Shown piece after piece: positions 15,101 to 30,000 of a DNA stretch of 64,000 nt. The notes beneath the pieces were generated by a model. The model saw nothing but the letters and a program-made list of their open reading frames with translations. It was not told where the DNA came from and made no database searches. Made by a program: the position numbers and the translations under genes. This stretch comes from the human T2T-CHM13v2.0 reference genome, Homo sapiens: NCBI RefSeq assembly GCF_009914755.1, contig NC_060925.1, one strand, 5' to 3'. The first letter of the stretch is position 1. Every line of letters starts with the position of its first letter.

Positions 15101-15774
15101 TGGAAATGAATGGAATCGTCATAGAATGGAATCGAATGGATTCATTGAATGGAATCAGATGGAATCATCGAATGGACTGGAATGGAATCATTGAATGGAC
15201 TCGAAAGGGATCATTATTGAATGGAATTGAATGGAATCATCGAATGGTCTCGATTGGAATCATTATCAAATGGAATCGAATGGAATCACCGAATAGAATC
15301 GAATGGAACAATCATCGAATGGACTCAAATGGAATTATCCTCAAATGGAATCGAATGGAATTATCGAATGCAATCGAATGGAATTATCGAATGCAATCGA
15401 ATAGAATCATCGAAAGGACTCGAATGGAATCATCGAATGGAATGGAATGGAACAGTCAATGAACTCGAATGGAATCATCATTGAATGGAATCGAATGGAA
15501 TCATCGAGTGGAATCGAATGGAATTATGATCAAATGGAATCGAATGTAATCATCATCAAATGGAATCAAAAATAACCATCATCAATTGGTATTGAATGGA
15601 ATTGTCATCAAATGGAATTCAAAGGAATCATCATCAAATGGAACCGAATGGAATCCTCATTGAATGGAAATGAAAGGGGTCATCATCTAATGGAATCGCA
15701 TGGAATCATCATCAAATGGAATCGAATGGAATCATCATCAAATGGAATCTAATGGAATCATTGAACAGAATTGA

Positions 15775-18700
15775 ATGGAATCGTCATCGAATGAATTGAA
15801 TGCAATCATCGAATGGTCTCGAATGGAATCATCTTCTAATGGAAAGGAATGGAATCATCGCATAGAATCGAATGGAATTATCATAGAATGGAATCGAATG
15901 GTATCAACACCAAACGGAAAAAAACGGAATTATCGAATGGAATCGAAGAGAATCTTCGAACGGACCCGAATGGAATCATCTAATGGAATGGAATGGAATA
16001 ATCCATGGACTCGAATGCAATCATCATCGAATGGAATGGAATGGAATCATCGAATGGACTCGAATGGAATAATCATTGAACGGAATCGAATGGAATCATC
16101 ATCGGATGGAAACGAATGGAATCATCATCGAATGGAAATGAAAGGAGTCATCATCTAATGGAATTGCATGGAATCATCATCAAATGGAATCGAATGGAAT
16201 CAACATCAAATGGAATCAAATGGAATCATTGAACGGAATTGAATGGAATCGTCATCGAATGAATTGACTGCAATCATCGAATGGTCTCGAATGGAATCAT
16301 CTTCAAATGGAATGGAATGGAATCATCGCATAGAATCGAATGGAATTATCATCGAATGGAATCGAATGGAATCAACATCAAACGGAAAAAAACGGAATTA
16401 TCGAATGGAATCGAAGAGAATCATCGAATGGACCCGAATGGAATCATCTAATGGAATGGAATGGAATAATCCATGGACTCGAATGCAATCATCATCGAAT
16501 GGAATCGAATGGAATCATCGAATGGACTCGAATGGAATAATCATTGAACGGAATCGAATGGAATCATCATCGGATGGAAATGAATGGAATCATCATCGAA
16601 TGGAATCGAATAGAATTATGGAATGAAATCCAGTGTGATCATCATCGAATGGACCCGAATGGAATCATCATCCAACGGAAGCTAATGGAATCAACATCGA
16701 ATGAATCGAATGGAAACACCATCGAATTGAAACGAATGGAATTATCATGAAATTGAAATGGATGGACTCATCATCGAATGGATTCGAATGGAATCATCGA
16801 ATAAAATTGATTGAAATCATCATCCAATGGAATCGAATGGTATCATTGAATGGAATCGAATGGAATCATCATCAGATGGAAATGAATGGAATCGTCATAG
16901 AATGGAATCGAATGGATTCATTGAATGGAATCAGATGGAATCATCGAATGGACTGGAATGGAATCATTGAATGGACTCGAAAGGGATCATTATTGAATGG
17001 AATTGAATGGAATCATCGAATGGTCTCGATTGGAATCATTATCAAATGGAATCGAATGGAATCACCGAATAGAATCGAATGGAACAATCATCGAATGGAC
17101 TCAAATGGAATTATCCTCAAATGGAATCGAATGGAATTATCGAATGCAATCGAATGGAATTATCGAATGCAATCGAATAGAATCATCGAAAGGACTCGAA
17201 TGGAATCATCGAATGGAATGGAATGGAACAGTCAATGAACTCGAATGGAATCATCATTGAATGGAATCGAATGGAATCATCGAGTGGAATCGAATGGAAT
17301 TATGATCAAATGGAATCTAATGTAATCATCATCAAATGGAATCAAAAATAACCATCATCAATTGGTATTGAATGGAATTGTCATCAAATGGAATTCAAAG
17401 GAATCATCATCAAATGGAACCGAATGGAATCCTCATTGAATGGAAATGAAAGGGGTCATCATCTAACGGAATCGCATGGAATCATCATCAAATGGAATCT
17501 AATGGAATCATTGAACAGAATTGAATGGAATCGTCATCGAATGAATTGAATGCAATCATCGAATGGTCTCGAATGGAATCATCTTCTAATGGAAAGGAAT
17601 GGAATCATCGCATAGAATCGAATGGAATTATCATCGAATGGAATCGAATGGTATCAACACCAAACGGAAAAAAACGGAATTATCGAATGGAATCGAAGAG
17701 AATCTTCGAACGGACCCGAATGGAATCATCTAATGGAATGGAATGGAATAATCCATGGACTCGAATGCAATCATCATCGAATGGAATGGAATGGAATCAT
17801 CGAATGGACTCGAATGGAATAATCATTGAACGGAATCGAATGGAATCATCATCGGATGGAAACGAATGGAATCATCATCGAATGGAAATGAAAGGAGTCA
17901 TCATCTAATGGAATTGCATGGAATCATCATCAAATGGAATCGAATGGAATCAACATCAAATGGAATCAAATGGAATCATTGAACGGAATTGAATGGAATC
18001 GTCATCGAATGAATTGACTGCAATCATCGAATGGTCTCGAATGGAATCATCTTCAAATGGAATGGAATGGAATCATCGCATAGAATCGAATGGAATTATC
18101 ATCGAATGGAATCGAATGGAATCAACATCAAACGGAAAAAAACGGAATTATCGAATGGAATCGAAGAGAATCATCGAATGGACCCGAATGGAATCATCTA
18201 ATGGAATGGAATGGAATAATCCATGGACTCGAATGCAATCATCATCGAATGGAATCGAATGGAATCATCGAATGGACTCGAATGGAATAATCATTGAACG
18301 GAATCGAATGGAATCATCATCGGATGGAAATGAATGGAATCATCATCGAATGGAATCGAATAGAATTATGGAATGAAATCCAGTGTGATCATCATCGAAT
18401 GGACCCGAATGGAATCATCATCCAACGGAAGCTAATGGAATCAACATCGAATGAATCGAATGGAAACACCATCGAATTGAAACGAATGGAATTATCATGA
18501 AATTGAAATGGATGGACTCATCATCGAATGGATTCGAATGGAATCATCGAATAAAATTGATTGAAATCATCATCCAATGGAATCGAATGGTATCATTGAA
18601 TGGAATCGAATGGAATCATCATCAGATGGAAATGAATGGAATCGTCATAGAATGGAATCGAATGGATTCATTGAATGGAATCAGATGGAATCATCGAATG

Positions 18701-19274
18701 GACTGGAATGGAATCATTGAATGGACTCGAAAGGGATCATTATTGAATGGAATTGAATGGAATCATCGAATGGTCTCGATTGGAATCATTATCAAATGGA
18801 ATCGAATGGAATCACCGAATAGAATCGAATGGAACAATCATCGAATGGACTCAAATGGAATTATCCTCAAATGGAATCGAATGGAATTATCGAATGCAAT
18901 CGAATGGAATTATCGAATGCAATCGAATAGAATCATCGAAAGGACTCGAATGGAATCATCGAATGGAATGGAATGGAACAGTCAATGAACTCGAATGGAA
19001 TCATCATTGAATGGAATCGAATGGAATCATCGAGTGGAATCGAATGGAATTATGATCAAATGGAATCTAATGTAATCATCATCAAATGGAATCAAAAATA
19101 ACCATCATCAATTGGTATTGAATGGAATTGTCATCAAATGGAATTCAAAGGAATCATCATCAAATGGAACCGAATGGAATCCTCATTGAATGGAAATGAA
19201 AGGGGTCATCATCTAACGGAATCGCATGGAATCATCATCAAATGGAATCTAATGGAATCATTGAACAGAATTGA
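15775..19274. repeat. Two adjacent 1750-bp variant units sharing a 26-bp deletion
   Basis: Landmark spacing 15775-17525-19275. One copy of GGAATCATCATCAAATGGAATCGAAT is missing near 17478 and near 19228. Confidence 0.9.
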
Positions 19275-22200
19275 ATGGAATCGTCATCGAATGAATTGAA
19301 TGCAATCATCGAATGGTCTCGAATGGAATCATCTTCTACTGGAAAGGAATGGAATCATCGCATAGAATCGAATGGAATTATCATCGAATGGAATCGAATG
19401 GTATCAACACCAAACGGAAAAAAACGGAATTATCGAATGGAATCGAAGAGAATCTTCGAACGGACCCGAATGGAATCATCTAATGGAATGGAATGGAATA
19501 ATCCATGGACTCGAATGCAATCATCATCGAATGGAATGGAATGGAATCATCGAATGGACTCGAATGGAATAATCATTGAACGGAATCGAATGGAATCATC
19601 ATCGGATGGAAACGAATGGAATCATCATCGAATGGAAATGAAAGGAGTCATCATCTAATGGAATTGCATGGAATCATCATAAAATGGAATCGAATGGAAT
19701 CAACATCAAATGGAATCAAATGGAATCATTGAACGGAATTGAATGGAATCGTCATCGAATGAATTGAATGCAATCATCGAATGGTCTCGAATGGAATCAT
19801 CTTCAAATGGAATGGAATGGAATCATCGCATAGAATCGAATGGAATTATCATCGAATGGAATCGAATGGAATCAACATCAAACGGAAAAAAACGGAATTA
19901 TCGAATGGAATCGAAGAGAATCATCGAATGGACCCGAATGGAATCATCTAATGGAATGGAATGGAATAATCCATGGACTCGAATGCAATCATCATCGAAT
20001 GGAATCGAATGGAATCATCGAATGGACTCGAATGGAATAATCATTGAACGGAATCGAATGGAATCATCATCGGATGGAAATGAATGGAATCATCATCGAA
20101 TGGAATCGAATAGAATTATGGAATGAAATCCAGTGTGATCATCATCGAATGGACCCGAATGGAATCATCATCCAACGGAACCTAATGGAATCAACATCGA
20201 ATGAATCGAATGGAAACACCATCGAATTGAAACGAATGGAATTATCATGAAATTGAAATGGATGGACTCATCATCGAATGGATTCGAATGGAATCATCGA
20301 ATAAAATTGATTGAAATCATCATCCAATGGAATCGAATGGAATCATCATCAGATGGAAATGAATGGAATCGTCATAGAATGGAATCGAATGGATTCATTG
20401 AATGGAATCAGATGGAATCATCGAATGGACTGGAATGGAATCATTGAATGGACTCGAAAGGGATCATGATTGAATGGAATTGAATGGAATCATCGAATGG
20501 TCTCGATTGGAATCCTTATCAAATGGAATCGAATGGAATCACCGAATAGAATCGAATGGAACAATCATCGAATGGACTCAAATGGAATTATCCTCCAATG
20601 GAATCGAATGGAATTATCGAATGCAATCGAATGGAATTATCGAATGCAATCGAATAGAATCATCGAATGGACTCGAATGGAATCATCGAATGGAATGGAA
20701 TGGAACAGTCAATGAACTCGAATGGAATCATCATTGAATGGAATCGAATGGAATCATCGAGTGGAATCGAATGGAATTATGATCAAATGGAATCGAATGT
20801 AATCCTCATCAAATGGAATCAAAAATAACCATCATCAATTGGTATTGAATGGAATTGTCATCAAATGGAATTCAAAGGAATCATCATCAAATGGAACCGA
20901 ATGGAATCCTCATTGAATGGAAATGAAAGGGGTCATCATCTAATGGAATCGCATGGAATCATCATCAAATGGAATCGAATGGAATCATCATCAAATGGAA
21001 TCTAATGGAATCATTGAACAGAATTGAATGGAATCGTCATCGAATGAATTGAATGCAATCATCGAATGGTCTCGAATGGAATCATCTTCAAATGGAATGG
21101 AATGGAATCATCGCATAGAATCGAATGGAATTATCATCGAATGGAATCGAATGGTATCAACACCAAACGGAAAAAAACGGAATTATCGAATGGAATCGAA
21201 GAGAATCTTCGAACGGACCCGAATGGAATCATCTAATGAAATGGAATGGAATAATCCATGGACTCGAATGCAATCATCATCGAATGGAATGGAATGGAAT
21301 CATCGAATGGACTCGAATGGAATAATCATTGAACGGAATCGAATGGAATCATCATCGGATGGAAACGAATGGAATCATCATCGAATGGAAATGAAAGGAG
21401 TCATCATCTAATGGAATTGCATGGAATCATCATCAAATGGAATCGAATGGAATCAACATCAAATGGAATCAAATGGAATCATTGAACGGAATTGAATGGA
21501 ATCGTCATCGAATGAATTGACTGCAATCATCGAATGGTCTCGAATGGAATCATCTTCAAATGGAATGGAATGGAATCATCGCATAGAATCGAATGGAATT
21601 ATCATCGAATGGAATCGAATGGAATCAACATCAAACGGAAAAAAACGGAATTATCGAATGGAATCGAAGAGAATCATCGAATGGACCCGAATGGAATCAT
21701 CTAATGGAATGGAATGGAATAATCCATGGACTCGAATGCAATCATCATCGAATGGAATCGAATGGAATCATCGAATGGACTCGAATGGAATAATCATTGA
21801 ACGGAATCGAATGGAATCATCATCGGATGGAAATGAATGGAATCATCATCGAATGGAATCGAATAGAATTATGGAATGAAATCCAGTGTGATCATCATCG
21901 AATGGACCCGAATGGAATCATCATCCAACGGAAGCTAATGGAATCAACATCGAATGAATCGAATGGAAACACCATCGAATTGAAACGAATGGAATTATCA
22001 TGAAATTGAAATGGATGGACTCATCATCGAATGGATTCGAATGGAATCATCGAATAAAATTGATTGAAATCATCATCCAATGGAATCGAATGGTATCATT
22101 GAATGGAATCGAATGGAATCATCATCAGATGGAAATGAATGGAATCGTCATAGAATGGAATCGAATGGATTCATTGAATGGAATCAGATGGAATCCTCGA

Positions 22201-22803
22201 ATGGACTGGAATGGAATCATTGAATGGACTCGAAAGGGATCATTATTGAATGGAATTGAATGGAATCATCGAATGGTCTCGATTGGAATCATTATCAAAT
22301 GGAATCGAATGGAATCACCGAATAGAATCGAATGGAACAATCATCGAATGGACTCAAATGGAATTATCCTCAAATGGAATCGAATGGAATTATCGAATGC
22401 AATCGAATGGAATTATCGAATGCAATCGAATAGAATGATCGAATGGACTCGAATGGAATCATCGAATGGAATGGAATGGAACAGTCAATGAACTCGAATG
22501 GAATCATCATTGAATGGAATCGAATGGAATCATCGAGTGGAATCGAATGGAATTATGATCAAATGCAATCGAATGTAATCCTCATCAAATGGAATCAAAA
22601 ATAACCATCATCAATTGGTATTGAATGGAATTGTCATCAAATGGAATTCAAAGGAATCATCATCAAATGGAACCGAATGGAATCCTCATTGAATGGAAAT
22701 GAAAGGGGTCATCATCTAATGGAATCGCATGGAATCATCATAAAATGGAATCGAATGGAATCAACATCAAATGGAATCAAATGGAATCATTGAACGCAAT
22801 TGA

Positions 22804-24088
22804 ATGGAATCGTCATCGAATGAATTGACTGCAATCATCGAATGGTCTCGAATGGAATCATCTTCAAATGGAATGGAATGGAATCATCGCATAGAATCGA
22901 ATGGAATTATCATCGAATGGAATCGAATGGAATCAACATCAAACGGAAAAAAACGGAATTATCGAATGGAATCGAAGAGAATCATCGAATGGACCCGAAT
23001 GGAATCATCTAATGGAATGGAATGGAATAATCCATGGACTCGAATGCAATCATCATCGAATGGAATCGAATGGAATCATCGAATGGACTCGAATGGAATA
23101 ATCATTGAACGGAATCGAATGGAATCATCATTGGATGGAAATGAATGGAATCATCATCGAATGGAATCGAATAGAATTATGGAATGAAATCCAGTGTGAT
23201 CATCATCGAATGGACCCGAATGGAATCATCATCCAACGGAAGCTAATGGAATCAACATCGAATGAATCGAATGGAAACACCATCGAATTGAAACGAATGG
23301 AATTATCATGAAATTGAAATGGATGGACTCATCATCGAATGGATTCGAATGGAATCATCGAATAAAATTGATTGAAATCATCATCCAATGGAATCGAATG
23401 GTATCATTGAATGGAATCGAATGGAATCATCATCAGATGGAAATGAATGGAATCGTCATAGAATGGAATCGAATGGATTCATTGAATGGAATCAGATGGA
23501 ATCATCGAATGGACTGGAATGGAATCATTGAATGGACTCGAAAGGGATCATTATTGAATGGAATTGAATGGAATCATCGAATGGTCTCGATTGGAATCAT
23601 TATCAAATGGAATGGAATGGAATCACCGAACAGAATCGAATGGAACAATCATCGAATGGACTCAAATGGAATTATCCTCCAATGGAATCGAATGGAATTA
23701 TCGAATGCAATCGAATAGAATCATCGAATGGACTCGAATGGAATCATCGAATGGAATGGAATGGAACAGTCAATGAACTCGAATGGAATCATCATTGAAT
23801 GGAATCGAATGGAATCATCGAGTGGAATCGAATGGAATTATGATCAAATGGAATCGAATGTAATCCTCATCAAATGGAATCAAAAATAACCATCATCAAT
23901 TGGTATTGAATGGAATTGTCATCAAATGGAATTCAAAGGAATCATCATCAAATGGAACCGAATGGAATCCTCATTGAATGGAAATGAAAGGGGTCATCAT
24001 CTAATGGAATCGCATGGAATCATCATCAAATGGAATCGAATGGAATCATCATCAAATGGAATCTAATGGAATCATTGAACAGAATTGA
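22804..24088. repeat. 1285-bp variant unit lacking subunit A (1753 minus 468)
   Basis: Only one 127-aa landmark is present (B type, ELTA, at 22804) before the remainder; the next unit starts at 24089. Confidence 0.92.
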
Positions 24089-27000
24089 ATGGAATCGTCA
24101 TCGAATGAATTGAATGCAATCATCGAATGGTCTCGAATGGAATCATCTTCTAATGGAAAGGAATGGAATCATCGCATAGAATCGAATGGAATTATCATCG
24201 AATGGAATCGAATGGTATCAACACCAAACGGAAAAAAACGGAATTATCGAATGGAATCGAAGAGAATCTTCGAACGGACCCGAATGGAATCATCTAATGG
24301 AATGGAATGGAATAATCCATGGACTCGAATGCAATCATCATCGAATGGAATGGAATGGAATCATCGAATGGACTCGAATGGAATAATCATTGAACGGAAT
24401 CGAATGGAATCATCATCGGATGGAAACGAATGGAATCATCATCGAATGGAAATGAAAGGAGTCATCATCTAATGGAATTGCATGGAATCATCATCAAATG
24501 GAATCGAATGGAATCAACATCAAATGGAATCAAATGGAATCATTGAACGGAATTGAATGGAATCGTCATCGAATGAATTGACTGCAATCATCGAATGGTC
24601 TCGAATGGAATCATCTTCAAATGGAATGGAATGGAATCATCGCATAGAATCGAATGGAATTATCATCGAATGGAATCGAATGGAATCAACATCAAACGGA
24701 AAAAAACGGAATTATCGAATGGAATCGAAGAGAATCATCGAATGGACCCGAATGGAATCACCTAATGGAATGGAATGGAATAATCCATGGACTCGAATGC
24801 AATCATCATCGAATGGAATCGAATGGAATCATCGAATGGACTCGAATGGAATAATCATTGAACGGAATCGAATGGAATCATCATCGGATGGAAATGAATG
24901 GAATCATCATCGAATGGAATCGAATAGAATTATGGAATGAAATCCAGTGTGATCATCATCGAATGGACCCGAATGGAATCATCATCCAACGGAAGCTAAT
25001 GGAATCAACATCGAATGAATCGAATGGAAACACCATCGAATTGAAACGAATGGAATTATCATGAAATTGAAATGGATGGACTCATCATCGAATGGATTCG
25101 AATGGAATCATCGAATAAAATTGATTGAAATCATCATCCAATGGAATCGAATGGAATCATCATCAGATGGAAATGAATGGAATCGTCATAGAATGGAATC
25201 GAATGGATTCATTGAATGGAATCAGATGGAATCATCGAATGGACTGGAATGGAATCATTGAATGGACTCGAAAGGGATCATTATTGAATGGAATTGAATG
25301 GAATCATCGAATGGTCTCGATTGCAATCATTATCAAATGGAATCGAATGGAATCACCGAATAGAATCGAATGGAACAATCATCGAATGGACTCAAATGGA
25401 ATTATCCTCCAATGGAATCGAATGGAATTATCGAATGCAATCGAATAGAATCATCGAATGGACTCGAATGGAATCATCGAATGGAATGGAATGGAACAGT
25501 CAATGAACTCGAATGGAATCATCATTGAATGGAATCGAATGGAATCATCGAGTGGAATCGAATGGAATTATGATCAAATGGAATCGAATGTAATCCTCAT
25601 CAAATGGAATCAAAAATAACCATCATCAATTGGTATTGAATGGAATTGTCATCAAATGGAATTCAAAGGAATCATCATCAAATGGAACCGAATGGAATCC
25701 TCATTGAATGGAAATGAAAGGGGTCATCATCTAATGGAATCGCATGGAATCATCATCAAATGGAATCGAATGGAATCATCATCAAATGGAATCTAATGGA
25801 ATCATTGAACAGAATTGAATGGAATCGTCATCGAATGAATTGAATGCAATCATCGAATGGTCTCGAATGGAATCATCTTCTAATGGAAAGGAATGGAATC
25901 ATCGCATAGAATCGAATGGAATTATCATCGAATGGAATCGAATGGTATCAACACCAAACGGAAAAAAACGGAATTATCGAATGGAATCGAAGAGAATCTT
26001 CGAACGGACCCGAATGGAATCATCTAATGGAATGGAATGGAATAATCCATGGACTCGAATGCAATCATCATCGAATGGAATGGAATGGAATCATCGAATG
26101 GACTCGAATGGAATAATCATTGAACGGAATCGAATGGAATCATCATCGGATGGAAACGAATGGAATCATCATCGAATGGAAATGAAAGGAGTCATCATCT
26201 AATGGAATTGCATGGAATCATCATAAAATGGAATCGAATGGAATCAACATCAAATGGAATCAAATGGAATCATTGAACGGAATTGAATGGAATCGTCATC
26301 GAATGAATTGACTGCAATCATCGAATGGTCTCGAATGGAATCATCTTCAAATGGAATGGAATGGAATCATCGCATAGAATCGAATGGAATTATCATCGAA
26401 TGGAATCGAATGGAATCAACATCAAACGGAAAAAAACAGAATTATCGTATGGAATCGAAGAGAATCATCGAATGGACCCGAATGGAATCATCTAATGGAA
26501 TGGAATGGAATAATCCATGGACTCGAATGCAATCATCATCGAATGGAATCGAATGGAATCATCGAATGGACTCGAATGGAATAATCATTGAACGGAATCG
26601 AATGGAATCATCATCGGATGGAAATGAATGGAATCATCATCGAATGGAATCGAATAGAATTATGGAATGAAATCCAGTGTGATCATCATCGAATGGACCC
26701 GAATGGAATCATCATCCAACGGAAGCTAATGGAATCAACATCGAATGAATCGAATGGAAACACCATCGAATTGAAACGAATGGAATTATCATGAAATTGA
26801 AATGGATGGACTCATCATCGAATGGATTCGAATGGAATCATCGAATAAAATTGATTGAAATCATCATCCAATGGAATCGAATGGAATCATCATCAGATGG
26901 AAATGAATGGAATCGTCATAGAATGGAATCGAATGGATTCATTGAATGGAATCAGATGGAATCATCGAATGGACTGGAATGGAATCATTGAATGGACTCG

Positions 27001-30000
27001 AAAGGGATCATTATTGAATGGAATTGAATGGAATCATCGAATGGTCTCGATTGCAATCATTATCAAATGGAATCGAATGGAATCACCGAATAGAATCGAA
27101 TGGAACAATCATCGAATGGACTCAAATGGAATTATCCTCCAATGGAATCGAATGGAATTATCGAATGCAATCGAATAGAATCATCGAATGGACTCGAATG
27201 GAATCATCGAATGGAATGGAATGGAACAGTCAATGAACTCGAATGGAATCATCATTGAATGGAATCGAATGGAATCATCGAGTGGAATCGAATGGAATTA
27301 TGATCAAATGGAATCGAATGTAATCCTCATCAAATGGAATCAAAAATAACCATCATCAATTGGTATTGAATGGAATTGTCATCAAATGGAATTCAAAGGA
27401 ATCATCATCAAATGGAACCGAATGGAATCCTCATTGAATGGAAATGAAAGGGGTCATCATCTAATGGAATCGCATGGAATCATCATCAAATGGAATCGAA
27501 TGGAATCATCATCAAATGGAATCTAATGGAATCATTGAACAGAATTGAATGGAATCGTCATCGAATGAATTGAATGCAATCATCGAATGGTCTCGAATGG
27601 AATCATCTTCTAATGGAAAGGAATGGAATCATCGCATAGAATCGAATGGAATTATCATCGAATGGAATCGAATGGTATCAACACCAAACGGAAAAAAACG
27701 GAATTATCGAATGGAATCGAAGAGAATCTTCGAACGGACCCGAATGGAATCATCTAATGGAATGGAATGGAATAATCCATGGACTCGAATGCAATCATCA
27801 TCGAATGGAATGGAATGGAATCATCGAATGGACTCGAATGGAATAATCATTGAACGGAATCGAATGGAATCATCATCGGATGGAAACGAATGGAATCATC
27901 ATCGAATGGAAATGAAAGGAGTCATCATCTAATGGAATTGCATGGAATCATCATAAAATGGAATCGAATGGAATCAACATCAAATGGAATCAAATGGAAT
28001 CATTGAACGGAATTGAATGGAATCGTCATCGAATGAATTGACTGCAATCATCGAATGGTCTCGAATGGAATCATCTTCAAATGGAATGGAATGGAATCAT
28101 CGCATAGAATCGAATGGAATTATCATCGAATGGAATCGAATGGAATCAACATCAAACGGAAAAAAACAGAATTATCGTATGGAATCGAAGAGAATCATCG
28201 AATGGACCCGAATGGAATCATCTAATGGAATGGAATGGAATAATCCATGGACTCGAATGCAATCATCATCGAATGGAATCGAATGGAATCATCGAATGGA
28301 CTCGAATGGAATAATCATTGAACGGAATCGAATGGAATCATCATCGGATGGAAATGAATGGAATCATCATCGAATGGAATCGAATAGAATTATGGAATGA
28401 AATCCAGTGTGATCATCATCGAATGGACCCGAATGGAATCATCATCCAACGGAAGCTAATGGAATCAACATCGAATGAATCGAATGGAAACACCATCGAA
28501 TTGAAACGAATGGAATTATCATGAAATTGAAATGGATGGACTCATCATCGAATGGATTCGAATGGAATCATCGAATAAAATTGATTGAAATCATCATCCA
28601 ATGGAATCGAATGGTATCATTGAATGGAATCGAATGGAATCATCATCAGATGTAAATGAATGGAATCGTCATAGAATGGAATCGAATGGATTCATTGAAT
28701 GGAATCAGATGGAATCATCGAATGGACTGGAATGGAATCATTGAATGGACTCGAAAGGGATCATTATTGAATGGAATTGAATGGAATCATCGAATGGTCT
28801 CGATTGGAATCATTATCAAATGGAATGGAATGGAATCACCGAACAGAATCGAATGGAACAATCATCGAATGGACTCAAATGGAATTATCCTCCAATGGAA
28901 TCGAATGGAATTATCGAATGCAATCGAATAGAATCATCGAATGGACTCGAATGGAATCATCGAATGGAATGGAATGGAACAGTCAATGAACTCGAATGGA
29001 ATCATCATTGAATGGAATCGAATGGAATCATCGAGTGGAATCGAATGGAATTATGATCAAATGGAATCGAATGTAATCCTCATCAAATGGAATCAAAAAT
29101 AACCATCATCAATTGGTATTGAATGGAATTGTCATCAAATGGAATTCAAAGGAATCATCATCAAATGGAACCGAATGGAATCCTCATTGAATGGAAATGA
29201 AAGGGGTCATCATCTAATGGAATCGCATGGAATCATCATCAAATGGAATCGAATGGAATCATCATCAAATGGAATCTAATGGAATCATTGAACAGAATTG
29301 AATGGAATCGTCATCGAATGAATTGAATGCAATCATCGAATGGTCTCGAATGGAATCATCTTCTAATGGAAAGGAATGGAATCATCGCATAGAATCGAAT
29401 GGAATTATCATCGAATGGAATCGAATGGTATCAACACCAAACGGAAAAAAACGGAATTATCGAATGGAATCGAAGAGAATCTTCGAACGGACCCGAATGG
29501 AATCATCTAATGGAATGGAATGGAATAATCCATGGACTCGAATGCAATCATCATCGAATGGAATGGAATGGAATCATCGAATGGACTCGAATGGAATAAT
29601 CATTGAACGGAATCGAATGGAATCATCATCGGATGGAAACGAATGGAATCATCATCGAATGGAAATGAAAGGAGTCATCATCTAATGGAATTGCATGGAA
29701 TCATCATCAAATGGAATCGAATGGAATCAACATCAAATGGAATCAAATGGAATCATTGAACGGAATTGAATGGAATCGTCATCGAATGAATTGACTGCAA
29801 TCATCGAATGGTCTCGAATGGAATCATCTTCAAATGGAATGGAATGGAATCATCGCATAGAATCGAATGGAATTATCATCGAATGGAATCGAATGGAATC
29901 AACATCAAACGGAAAAAAACGGAATTATCGAATGGAATCGAAGAGAATCATCGAATGGACCCGAATGGAATCATCTAATGGAATGGAATGGAATAATCCA

